From Paraspadella gotoi (taxonomy: Eukaryota > Animalia > Chaetognatha): a stretch of 64,000 nucleotides of DNA. The DNA lies in NCBI GenBank assembly GCA_051294375.1, contig CM119265.1:2973256-3037255 (forward strand), in the 5' to 3' direction. Position numbers and translations under genes: made by a program. How positions within the stretch are numbered: position 1 is the stretch's first letter; every line of letters begins with the position of its first letter. Below the pieces are notes generated by a model. That model was not told where the DNA came from, did not search any database, and worked only from the letters and a program-made list of their open reading frames with translations. This document shows positions 36,901 to 50,109 of the stretch, one piece after another.

Positions 36901-39900
36901 CAAAGTCACGTCACGTCAATGAATGACTTATGCATCGCATCATGAATGATTATCATCCGATGTCAATGAAGGACTATCATCGCAATCAATGAATGGATTA
37001 TCAATCGCACAAATGAATGACTATCATCGCATCCATCATTTGGCTATCATCGCATCAAATCCTTCGGTTATCTTCGCATCAATATTTGGTATCATCGCAT
37101 CAATAATTTGGTTATCATTAAAAGTAGGCTCGATCCTATTGCTTTTAGATTTTATGAACGTTTTGTCACTATCACATAACAATATTAATGTCTCTTTCAA
37201 GAGATAAGATAAAGAGACTAACAAGGGAAAACGACGCCTAAGAAACGCCCAAATATCACAGCGTGAATTCAAAACATTTATACAGACTAACGTTCTAGAA
37301 ACGTAAAAATACGGTAAAGCCATGTTGAAATATGGTATTTATCTGGCCCGGATCGCGCATGATGCAAATGCTTATTTTTAATTGATGTCCTCATGGATAA
37401 CCTACGTCAACCATTTTCAATACAGACCGGAACGCGCTTAAATAAGCTTTTAGCGTGGCAAATACTTGATATCCTTTCTATTTTGTCTAAATTTAATAAT
37501 AAACTCTCTAAAATTTACCGGCCGGCTCTACCTGAAAACAGATAGTAAAAACAATACAGTTTCTTTCGATGGTCTTAAGAACAAAAAAAAATTGTAGGCT
37601 TGACTAATGCAGTTTTCACATAAAAAAACCAGTTCATTTGAATTGCTTTATCAAGCAATTCAAGATTGCAAGAATTTAAACTTTTTCTTTTTTTTTTATC
37701 TAGTAGAGAAGACAATAAGCTAATCCGAAACGCGTACTGATATGTATGATTGTTTCTATTTTACAAAAGATCAAGCAGGTTTTTTGGGAAAAGGGAAAAA
37801 ACGGTCTGACCAGTTTCATTAAATACCATTTTTGGGCATGATAAAATGGTATTTCGATCGCGCTCTACTGCGTTGGCTTCCCAAGACGCCAAGGCTTTCC
37901 GAAATCTACCATATTGATATAATTTATATGGGCCTTGACTATGCAGTTTTGAATAGAAAGTGAAATATAGGAATGCTTGATCGAACTTCGATTCGAACGA
38001 TGCGATGCACGATAATCAATCCATGGACCCATTCTTTCCTATTCCACCAACCTGCCTTTCTCCCCAAACCCCGCCCAAAGGTTCAAACCAATCCCCCCGC
38101 GCCTGCCCACTCCACCACTCCGGTCAATTGAGATTCCGCTCGAAATCACTCGCGAGTCAGAGACGGGCGATGATGGACGCGGCGCAGGGCGGCGCCGGAC
38201 GGGCGGCGCCTGCGTGAGGGAGGCGGGTCTGCGCGGCCTGGCGAGGCGGAGCTCGATTATTACAGGTGCGGAGAAAGGAGCGGGAACGTGTTGAGGAATA
38301 AATGGAGAATATCCGGAATTAAGTCAAGAAAAGGCAATGATTTTTTTATTGAATATTTTAGTAATACGCGTTTTAATTCGCATTTAAACGTTAGTGGGAA
38401 CGGACGAACTACCCGACCGCAATGAAAATAAAAAAATCCGGCTATCTATTCCCTAAAAGCGGAGGGTCCAAATTTTTGTTTCTTTAATCCTGATCTTATT
38501 TTAACCCAGAATATTTAATTATAAATAAATTACCAAAAACAAAACCACAAATCCCTAACCCCTAAAACCCTTAGTATACTCAACTTATTTCCAGTTTTTT
38601 TTCCTTTCTTTTTTTTTCTTTTTTTTTAGTGGGAGAGGAATAGGGAGGGAGTTTGGAAGCGGAGGGAATATCGGCGTTGTTTGTCCGAAACTCCCAGCCG
38701 TTTTAAAGGAATATAATTAGGTTGAGGGTTAAATATTAGGGTAAAGAGTTAAAGATTAAATACTAAGGTTAGGGGGTTAGGGATTGTGGTTTGTTTTTTG
38801 GTAATTTATTATTTAAATATTTGGGTTAAAATTAAAGAATCAGGGATTAAAGAACAAAAATGTGGCCGTTTAGAAATAGATAGCCGGATTTTTTTAAATT
38901 TTCATTTGGCGGTCCGGTTAGTCAATTGTCCTTTCCATCTTTACACTCTTACCGCTAATATTTACCTCAACTATATTATTCCTTTATTAAATCGGTGGAG
39001 TTTCGATCAACGCGATATATCCACTCGCCAGAACTCTCTCCCCTATTCCTCTCGCCTAAAAAAAACGACAAAAAGGAAAGGCCGAGAAGGGAAAAGGGAG
39101 GCTGCCACCGGTGCAAGACCGCGCATCCTTCCACGAAGAGCGCTCACTCCGCTAGAGTCATTCGCGCCAGAGTCGGGGGAAAGCGGCGCTACAGTTCCGC
39201 CTCCACGTCGGCCTCCTCGAGGTAGAGGGCGGGTGTCTGCGCCCGCGCGGAGGCGGAGAGCGTGGAGGAAGAAAGAGAGAAAGGAGAGAGGAGAGGAGAG
39301 AAGAAGAATCGAGGAGGAAAGAGCTGGAGAGGAAGGATCTCGTCGATCGATTCGATCCATGAAATCGGGAAGAAAGACGCCATCTTTGTTTTGGTTGGAC
39401 GGCGAAGGGAAGGAGGAGGGAGGAGGAGGAGGAGGGGGATGAAAATGTCGGGAGGAAGATGATGATGAGGCCGAAGAGTAGGAAAGGGGAGAAGAGAGGT
39501 AAAAATAGGAGAGAGGGTGAGGAGGGGGGGAGGTATTGTGAATATTATTTATTATTTTTTATCATTAGTTTTTTTTTCGTTCGTTGATCGATTTGGATTC
39601 GCGAAAATGTCATTTTTAACTCCCGGAATATTTTTTAAATGCAGAAAATGTAATTTAAACTTGCAAAAATGTCATTTCAACTTGCGAAATGTCATTTAAA
39701 GTCCCGAAATATTATTTAACACGCAGAATATGTAATTTAGCTTGCAAAACGTCATTTCAACTCCAAAAATTACATTTTTATTTGCGAAATATCGGTAGCA
39801 GTTCACTTTAAACCCGGTATAGCCATTTAGACGTATTATACTGTTACAGCCAATGGTTTATTCTCTAGCTATTTTTTTTTTAGACGCCTAGAAACTTCAG

Positions 39901-40854
39901 CTACGTCAAGAACCGGCAGGCAGACGCAACGTTGGTCAACGGCAGCCTCGACGACGGTCGACCGCCGCGTCGGCGACTTTAGCAGCGGCGACGACGTCAG
40001 CAGGCAGCGGCGAGGTTGGCAGAGCGCTGGCTGCTGACGAACTTAATGCCCAAATCGAGAGAGCTGAAGCGAATTGGGGAAATTATGGAATCGAGGCTGA
40101 TGACGGACGGGATGTGAGGTGAGGTTGAGTCAATTATTGTCAATTTAATCAAAGTTATATTGTTCAATTTTAGGGAATTATAGTAAATTTAGTCTGTAAT
40201 GATGTTATTTATGTTTTTTATGTTATATATAAATCTAGTTTTCCGGAACTTGTAGTTTTTTTATCGTCATTTGCATATTACAGGATTAAAGTTTACAGTT
40301 TAATTATAATTACAGATAATACGAAGGAAGTTAGATGGTACAAATGTAACAAATAAAGGATTTTTTTTCAGATTTAAATTTTAAATGCTGGGTTAGGAGC
40401 TTTACTAATTAGTAATTGTAATAAATTAATTTATCAGAACAAGAACAACTTTGGCCACGCCGCACCCGGATGAAGAATCGGAGAATCCCGTATAATCGTT
40501 AACCTCGAATAGGCTCGAACATTAAAACAGAAAATAATTGATAATTGATATTAGAAATATAATCACTTAATAAAGAATAAAGACTACGTAATGAGTTTAG
40601 TCTTGGCCTGCTTTTCTTTAGTTTAGATTTTAATTGTTAGTTAATAGAACTTTAATTTACTTTGTTTATTCATTAAGTTTTTTTTCTTCTTCTTGTTTTA
40701 TCTTCTCTTCTTCTTTAATTCTTTCTTTCTTTCTTTTCTTTCTTTTTTCTTTCTTTCTTTCTTTCTTTCTTCTATTCTATTCTCGTTCTCTCACTCTCTT
40801 TCTCTCCTCTCATCTTCTCTCTCTCTTACCTCCACTTCTTCGTCTCCGATCACT

Positions 40855-40901
<47 letters not shown>

Positions 40902-43900
40902 TCTCTCTCTCTCTCTCTCTCTCTCCCTCTCTCTCTCCTCTCCATCTTTCACCTCCAATCTCCTGGCGCCCTCCGACTTCGGCGGCCTCCACGACTCGGC
41001 GAAGATCCTCGTTCTTCCGTCGGTCGGTCACGACGATTCCATGGAGGCCTGAAGGAAGGGAGGAGAGAGGAAGGAGAGAGAGGAGAGGGAAGAAGAGGAG
41101 GGGAGAGGAAGAGGGAAGAGAGAAGAGAGAAAGGAGAGGAGCGAAGAAGAAGAATTTACTTTCAATCAAGCCTTCGACACTAATTCTTTCTTTCTTTCTA
41201 TCTCCTTCTCCTCCTGCTGCTGTTCCTCTTCCTCCTTTTCCTCTTCCTCTCGCTATATTTCTATTTCGACTCCGAAAACGAGTGATTCAGTCGTTTGAAA
41301 CTTTTTCTGTAACACTTTTCTTTATCCAATCTTCCCTTTTTTTGACTGACACCGACTCCCCTCCTCACCGGGTCTCACATTTGATCATCTTCACCAAAAT
41401 ATCACAATCCTGATTCACCTCCAAGGACTGACTGTCTCTCCCCTAACGTCCCTCAACTGTCGCTCGAGTCTGTTCCACGATCTTGATTGAAGATCGACGA
41501 CCGCTGGGCTTTCGACGCGTCGGGCGTCGACGAAGCGGTCCTGCTCCAGGTTCGGATTTTTGGAACGGAGGAAATTCGTCTTCGAGTCTGAAGCGTTTGG
41601 TGGGGGGGGGGGGGGGTTGGGGTAGTGGCGGAATGGAGTAGCTAGGTCGAGAACGTTGTGGGGCTAACAGATCAGAATTTGGGCAGCCTATTTTAACGAG
41701 AGCGCGCTCTTTTTGTTCCTCAATATTTTAATCTCGATATTGAATTCTAATCTTGTATTTAATTTTTGATCCTAATTCTTAGGCTCATCTCTGACATTAA
41801 CCAAATCCCCGAACCCTTGTCCCTGATTCGAATTTCTTACTCCAATTCAATAACTGCAGTATAACTTTTTAAAATCGATCCAATATGAACCTGAAATATA
41901 TTCAATGAACGTATTAGACAGGCTAGTAAAATTCAGAATTTGAGGCGTTTTTGGAAAAAAAGGGTCATATTTGTACAATTAACTACAATTTTCAGTTAAA
42001 CTCGAATCTCGTTCCAAAAAAAATTCACTGGTCTAAATACCTCACAAACCTCTGCAAGGCGTCTTCGTGCTCCCGCGGCCAACCTTCCATCTCCGCCGCG
42101 TGACTGCGCTGCAGCATCTCCCTCTGCTTCGTCCAATTCCTGCTGCTTCTCCAGCAGCAGCTGCGACCGCTGATCGCGACAGCATCACGTGGGCGCGGTC
42201 CTGTTCCTGACGTCGCACTAGTGAGGCGGGGGGGGGTGGGGTGCTTTTGTTTTTGTTTTGTTGTTTGTTTTGTTATTTTTTAGTGGTGTTTTTTTTTAAA
42301 TTCCGTAAATTGTTCCGTTTGCTCGTTAGTAAGTCGTTTTAATGTTCACGCTATGTATAGGTGCGACGTCAGGAACAGGACCGCGCCCACGTGATGCTGT
42401 GCGATCAGCGGTCGCAGCTGCTGCTGGAGAAGCAGCAGGAATTGACGAAGCAGAGGGAGATGCTGCAGCGCAGTCACGCGGCGGAGATGGAAGGGTTGGC
42501 CGCGGAGCACGAAGACGCCTTGCAGAGGTTTGTGGGTTATTTAGACCAGGAATTTTTTTGGAACGAGATTCGAGTTTAACTGAAAGTTGTAGTTATTGTA
42601 CAAATATGACCCTTTTTTTCCAAAAACGCCCGATTTCTGCTTAAATTCAGAATTAAGCAAATTTAAAAGGCAGTGTCTACGAAAAGCCTTTCTTAAACTA
42701 TTGATTTCAAACTATAAAAATTACTACTTTCTAGGGTTTCATTTAATTCTTCGGGTCATTCTTGATTTTAAAAATCGGTTTGGAATAGTTAATTTAGTTA
42801 TCTCTCTGTCATTAAGTTAAGCGTTGGGAATTGGAGTAAGAAATCGAATCAGGGACAAGGGTTCGGGATTTGGTTAATGTAAGAGATGAGGCCTAAGAAT
42901 TGGATAAAAATTAAATACAAGATTAGAATTCAATATCGAGATTGAAAATATTGAGGAACAAAAAGGACGGCGTCTCGTTAAAATAGGTGCCCAAATTCTG
43001 GATCTGTTAGCCCACAACGTTCTCGCACCTCCGCCACTCCCATTCCGCCTCCCCCCACCCCCCCACGCCCCCCACCAAAAGCGCTTCAGGACTCCGAAGA
43101 CGAATTCCTCCGTCAAAAATCGAACCTGGAGAGACGCTTCGTCGACGCCCGACGCGTCGAAGCCCAGCGGGTCGTCGATCTTCAATCAGATGTGGACAGA
43201 CTCGAGCGACAGTTGAGGGACGTTAGGGGAGAGAAGTCAGTCTTGGAGGTGAATCAGGAATTGTGATATTTTGGTGAAGATGATCAAATGTGAGACCGAT
43301 GAGGGAGGGGAGTCAATCTAAAAAAAAAGGAAGATTGGACAAAGAAAAGTACAGAAAAAGGTTTCAACGACTGAATCACTCGTTTTCGGAGATCGAAATA
43401 GAAATATAGCGAAGAGGAAGAGGAAAAGGAGGAAGAGGAACAGCAGCAGGAGGAGAAGGAGATAGAAAGAAAGAAAGAATTAGTGATCGAAGGGGCTGAT
43501 TGAAAGATAAAATCGTTTCTTTCTTCCGCCTCCCTCTCCCTCTCTTTCTCTCTTCCTCTCTTCCTCTCTTCCGCCTCCCTCTCCCTCTCTCTCTCTTCCT
43601 CTCTCCCTCTCTCTCTCGCGAGATAGCTTATTTATTTAATAAATTGAATAATTCTATAAATATGTATTGTTTGTAATGATAAAAGAGACGTCGGTTTGTC
43701 TTTTCACTCTATTGGTTCACATTCCACGAACGTCTGCAGCAACCCGACGGCATGCCACGGACGGCATTCGGATCCGCATTCATCCCTTTTCCCTACCGAT
43801 AAACCAATCAACCTGGCAGCTCGGATCTTCTCCGTGTCATCTCGAAACGCAGCTTCCCAAGACCTCCATTTGACGGTCCAGATATCACCACTCTTTCCGC

Positions 43901-44089
43901 GCCTCGCTTTCTTCGCCGGCCAACCGCAGCTTTCCCGCCGCGGTAGCGTCGCGGCGCGAAGGAAGAGATCGAGAGAGAGATCAGCAGCGAGCGAGTCGGA
44001 GGTCCTGAAAGAAGTTGGACGCAAGAGATACAGATGAGCGAAAGATGAGAGGACGAGAGAAGAGATGAAAAGAAAAGAAGAAAGAATGA

Positions 44090-44141
<52 letters not shown>

Positions 44142-47100
44142 ATATATATAGAAAAAAGCAGAAGATAAGACAAGAAGAAGATAAAAAAACAACTTAATGA
44201 ATAACAAAGTAAATTGAAAGTTTCCTATTAACTACCACATTAAAATCGTATAACATAAAAAGCAGGCAAGATACTAAACTCATTACGTAGTCTTTATATC
44301 TTTATTAAGTGATTGATTATTTCTAATCATTCAAAGTATCAATTATTTTCTGTTTTAATGCTTCGAGCCTATCGAGGATCTAACGATAATACGCGGGATT
44401 CTCCGATTCTGATGCCATTCACGCGGTGGGCGTGGGCCCGTAAAGTTGCTTTTTTGTTCTGATAAATTAATGTTATTACAATTACTAATTAGTTATTAAC
44501 TCCTAACCCAGTCATTTATACATTTAAATCTTGAAAAAAATCCTTTTATTTGTTACATTTGAAACCACAAGATCACTTCCCGGTTCGTATTATCTGTAAT
44601 TTATATCATAAACTTGGGTATCTGTGTGGGACCTAAAATCACAACGAATCGATTCATGGGGGACAAGAGCGACAAACGCTAGTCAGCGCGGCCCATTGGT
44701 GCGTCGGCCGCCGTGGGGCACGATGCGGCGGGGGCGTTTCGACGGAAAAGGCAAGTCATTCGCGCTACCCAACCGCAAAGGCTTGAGTCCGAACGTTTCA
44801 TATGCTCGCGTGGCTCGTGTCATTACAGACTAAAATCTTGACCCTATAACAGGATTGACCTTACAAAAATTGATAATACTGAATGAAATTGGTACAACCA
44901 ATATAAAAATTCATTCCATTCATCTTACAATAAAAGAAACACTTTGACAGGCTTTGTGTAGGGATTTTAAGGCCGTACTCACCTGTTTAGACGACAATAT
45001 AATAGGACACTAAGCAGAAGTCCCTGCAGGAGACTTTCTAAGTCAAGACTAGCTCATCAGCAGTCCCGTATATTTCACTCCCGAGCAGATACCGACGGCG
45101 CCGACTGGCTTCCCTATCATGAAGTGGATATATCAGTGGAAGTATAATTGATTATAATTGACAACGAAGTTGGAAGTCACATGAACCTGAGTCAAACATG
45201 ACCAGTTCGGTCATCAAAGCCTGCGATTACGAATAATTGTCCGAGCCAATTTGCTTTCCGGCTTCTCCGATTTGGGCATTAAAGTTTCGTCAGCAGCAGG
45301 CGCTCTGCCANNNNNNNNNNNNNNNNNNNNNNNNNTGCCAACCTCGCCGCTGCTGCTGACGTCGTCGCCGCTGCTGAAGTCGCCGACGCGGCGGTCGACG
45401 CCGTCGAGGCTGCCGTTGCCAACGTTGCGTCGGCTGCGGTTCTTGACGTAGCTGAAGTTTCTAGGGTCTAAAAAAAATAGCTAGAGAATAAACCATTGGC
45501 TGTAACAATAGTAACAATACGTCTAAATGGCTATTCGGGGTTTAAAGTGAACTGCTACCGATATTTTGCAAATAAAAATGTAATTTTTGGAGTTGAAATG
45601 ACGTTTTGCAAGTTTAAATTACATATTCTGCATTTAAATAATATTCCGGGAGTTAAAATGACATTTCGCAAGTTGAAATGACATTTTGCAAGTTTAAATT
45701 ACATTTTCTGNNNNNNNNNNNNNNNNNNNNNNNNNCCCTAAGGCTTAAACAAGTCCCCCCCCCCGCGCGGCGCTGCTCCACTCTCCCTCCCACCACTTCC
45801 GTCAATTTCAGAGGATTCCGCGTGTTCGAAATCAACTTCGCCGACGTCAGAGAACGGCGATTGCCAATCTAGGCGACGCCCGGCGCAGGCGTCGCCAACT
45901 CGCCGGACGAGGCGGCGCGCCTTCGTTGAGGGATAGGGCGAGGCCCCCGTGTGCCGTGCGGTGTCGTCCGAAATAAGGGATACCGGGGCCGCGCCATGGA
46001 TGTCGTTCTGGGCGCGGTCCTGGCGAACTGGCCGGAACGAAATAAAGGCCGGAGCTCGCGGATTCTTACTTAGGCAGTAGAAGCGTATTCGACTGGCGGG
46101 CCCCGGTTCCCTCCCTTAATTTCTCTTGCTGCTTTCTTTCCCCGTCTCTCTCTCGCTTGATGGAGTATAACTCTTCTTAGGCCTAATCTTTTCTCGCCTC
46201 TTTAATTTTTTATTCACCCAGTATTTCTTTCTTCGCGCCCGGGATAACCGGTCGCCTGGAGGTAAGCCTCAACAGATGAAGGCAAACAAACCCTACTAAA
46301 AATAGCTTATTACTTTCTGCTAGGAGAAATTCGGTTTGCTTATTAAATATTAACCCAATAACCTAAGCAAAAAAAAACAGAATGTCAACGCGGCTTGACT
46401 GCTATAATCAGTCCTGACTTATCTTGTTTATTCTTTTTCTATGAAATATTCTTTGCCCCTAATATTTACGGACAGTTCCTTTCCACAAGAAAACAGAGCG
46501 GCGGTTTTTATTCGCATATTATAAATTGTTTACTGTCAATTGGACACTAACTGGAATGGGACGGCCGGGACACCGTAAAGCTAACCTATCACCCTGAACC
46601 GCAAATGCAAAATTTAAAAAAAAAAGAAAAAAACATAACTATGCAAATTTCCGGCTATGCTTCATATCTTTATTTTTTTTCAACCCCTAAAACGACGATC
46701 GCCCCACCTCATTTCTCGTTCTTTACAATCTCCCTGCAATCTTCTAATTTTTAACCCTAATATTAATTATAAACTTAATCTCACCGGAAAACAAAAACCA
46801 CAATCCCTACCCTCCTTACCTAGTATAATCTCTCTAACTCTTTACTCCTAATATTTAACCTCAATCTCCTAATTATATCCTTCTAAAACGGGGGATCCAG
46901 TTTTGGGAAATCAACAAACCGCGATAATCCCTTCCGCCTACTTCCCCTATTTCCTTTCTCCTCACTTTAAAAAAAAAATACGAAAAAAAACAAAAAAAAA
47001 GGCATCAAAAAAAAGGCTGCGACGAAGGGATAACAGGTCTTCACATGGGCCGCCCTACCGGGTTTTCAGACCGGCGCTTTCTCTTCCACGCAATGAGCGC

Positions 47101-50052
47101 CACCGCGTCTCTTGTACTCGTCAATTCTCCGTCGCCCACTGTCTCTGCCGGCGACGCGGCGCTGACTCAGTTCCGCCTCCTACGTCTGGCCTCTCCTCTC
47201 TGACTTCTAGATCGGTGGCGGATTCTGCCCCGTCCGCGCGTGAGGCGGAGAAAGCGCTTGGTGAGGCTCAAGAACTGGACGAAGTCGAATACTGCGAACG
47301 TCGTGAGAGGAGAGAGCAGAGAAGAAGATCCGTAGGACGGGATAAGATAATGCTGCTGAGACGGTAAAGGACTCTCGTCGATTATCGATTTTTCGATTCC
47401 ATCAGAATAAGCTAAAAAAAAGCCCAAAAAATCAATAAATCTACATAAAAACATAACATCAAACTTTCTCTCTCTGCTTTTTCTTTGCAAATACAATTCT
47501 CTTCTCTCTCTGCCTCTCTCTGCTCGTCGTCTTCAACGGTCAAAAAATACTCGCTTGGAATTCAGGTCTAATCTTCTCTCATCCGTATCTCTCGACCTCG
47601 GCTGGAAGCTGCCGAAACAAAAGTCACGCCATCTTATTTTGGTTCCTGGACGGCGCAAGTGGGAGGAAAGCGAGGAGGCAGCGCAGACGGCTAGGGACTC
47701 CGGTGCGTCGGCGAAACCACGTGGTGGCGTGATGTGAAAAATGTCGGGGAGGAACGTGCATTGATGATGGAGGATCCGAAAAGATAAGAGTAGGAGAACG
47801 GCGGAGAAGAGAGGTTATTAGGAACAACATAGGATGAGAGGTGAGGAGGGGGGAGGTATTGTGAATATTATTTATTATTTTATTATTATTAATTATTTTC
47901 TTATTTCATCGTTTGATCGATTTGTTATTCGCCGACATGTCATTTTAACTCCCGATAAATTATTTAAATGCCCCCCCTCCTCCTCCTCCTCCTCCTCCCC
48001 TTCGCCGTCCAACCAAAACAAAGATGGCGTCTTTCTTCCCGATTTCATGGATCGAATCGATCGACGAGATCCTTTCCTCTCCAGCTCTTTCCTCCTCGAT
48101 CTTCTTCTCTCCTCTCCTCTCTCCTTTCTCTCTTCTTCCTCCACGCTTCTCCGCCTCCGCGCGGCGCAGAACCCGCCCTCTATCGAGGAGGCCGACGTGG
48201 AGGCGGAACTGAGCGCCGCGTCCCCGACCGTGGCGCCGAATTGACTCAGCGGGTGGCGCTCTTCGTGGAAGGAGCGCCGGTCTTGCCCGGGGCGCCCTTC
48301 CTTTTCCCTTCTCGCCTTTTCCTTTTTTTTTATCGCTTTTTTTTTTTAGTCGAGGAGAGCGGAATAGGGAGAGAGTTTGAGCGAGAGAGATTATCAGTGC
48401 GTGTTTTGTTTTTGAATACAGAAACTCCCTTAGACCTTTGTTAACGGATAATTTATTAGGTTGAAGGTTTTAAATTTAAAGGTAGAGTTAATAAGTACTT
48501 ATTGGCTAGGGTAGTTATAGTATTGGTTAGGGAATTGGTGGTTTTGTTTGGTACTTTATTATAATTAAATAATTTGGGTTAAATTTATAGTCAGCTTAAA
48601 TGGATTAGAAGGAGTACTCGTATAGAAAATGGTGGCGTTTTTTAGGAATTAGATAGCCGGATTTGATTTTATTAATATTTTAATTTGGCTGTGGTGCTTT
48701 TTTAGAGATAATAGTACGGAATCGATTCATAACGTTTGAAAAATGACGACATAACGCGTCGTACAAAAAATAGTGCAATACATGTTTCCTGTTCGCACGA
48801 TTACACATTGGCCATTTTTCTAATGATATTCTCTTTATTTAGTTGTTGCGCTAGTGCATCCCTTTGTTCCTAACCCCAATGCAAGTTTTCCCGCTCCTTG
48901 GTCCGAAAAAGACTTTTAGATTTTTACCAATTAAGGGTTATACAATTCAAGGCAAGCTTACACGGCCTTCTACTATCTCAGCCGGCAGCGCCGGCTCCTT
49001 GACCGAAGGGGCGCCGCCCGGGTCGGCGCCGGCCTTGCGCCGCGTCCCATCTCGAGCCGTCTTTCTGAACTCGCGAAGTCTTTCGAAAGTGGCCTCGCTT
49101 GCCGGAGGTGGGGGCTGGGCTGGCGCGGGGGGAAATTGTTTTTGAACACTTTGGCAGGGTGCGCGAAAAGTAGAGTGGTTGTGGAAAGATGAAAGCTCTA
49201 AGGTCAGAGTGGTAAAAGAGTACGTGCCTGAAACTCTAGGGTCAGTAACTGCCGGGGACCATGGATGGGAAATCATTAAGGCACTAATACTGATTAGGAT
49301 CGGTTAACTTGCCACTTCGGGTGGGTCAACAACTGGTACAGCGGCCTGAACGGGCGAGGGCTGGTGCGCACAGCGGCCCGCGTGCCATGAACACCATTGC
49401 TTCTAAATAGGTTTCAAGACAGTTGGAGTTTTCTCTCCGGAGACGGGAGGGCTGGCGTCTAATGCGGCAGCAATGCTTCGGACTGGGTGCCTGCTGGGCA
49501 CCTCTGGTTCTTTCTTTCTGTGCTTCTTTCTGGCGGCTGGCTGTCTTCGGCTGCTAATTGGTGTTAGCNNNNNNNNNNNNNNNNNNNNNNNNNCGAGATA
49601 GCTTATTTATTTAATAAATTGAATAATTCTATAAATATGTATTGTTTGTAATGATAAAAGAGACGTCGGTTTGTCTTTTCACTCTATTGGTTCACATTCC
49701 ACGAACGTCTGCAGCAACCCGACGGCATGCCACGGACGGCATTCGGATCCGCATTCATCCCTTTTCCCTACCGATAAACCAATCAACCTGGCAGCTCGGA
49801 TCTTCTCCGTGTCATCTCGAAACGCAGCTTCCCAAGACCTCCATTTGACGGTCCAGATATCACCACTCTTTCCGCGCCTCGCTTTCTTCGCCGGCCAACC
49901 GCAGCTTTCCCGCCGCGGTAGCGTCGCGGCGCGAAGGAAGAGATCGAGAGAGACAGCACAGCGAGTCGGAGGTCCGAAAGAAGTTGGAGTTAAACGCACA
50001 GAGATTACAGATTGAGCCAAGGGAGACGAGAGAAGAGAAAAGAAAGAAGAAA

Positions 50053-50109
<57 letters not shown>

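Noticed and set aside
36066-36922. CRISPR-like regular repeats and K/Y/A-rich ORFs
   Set aside because: Head-to-tail minisatellite without unique spacers or cas genes, in a eukaryotic context.
37700-37745. CGAAACGCGT Penelope-like hammerhead half
   Set aside because: The upstream CUGANGA and stems are missing, and the region is noisy.
46903-47830. ORFs identical to 51899-52826 on the opposite strand
   Set aside because: Identity arises from an inverted duplicate of garbled sequence, not from conservation.
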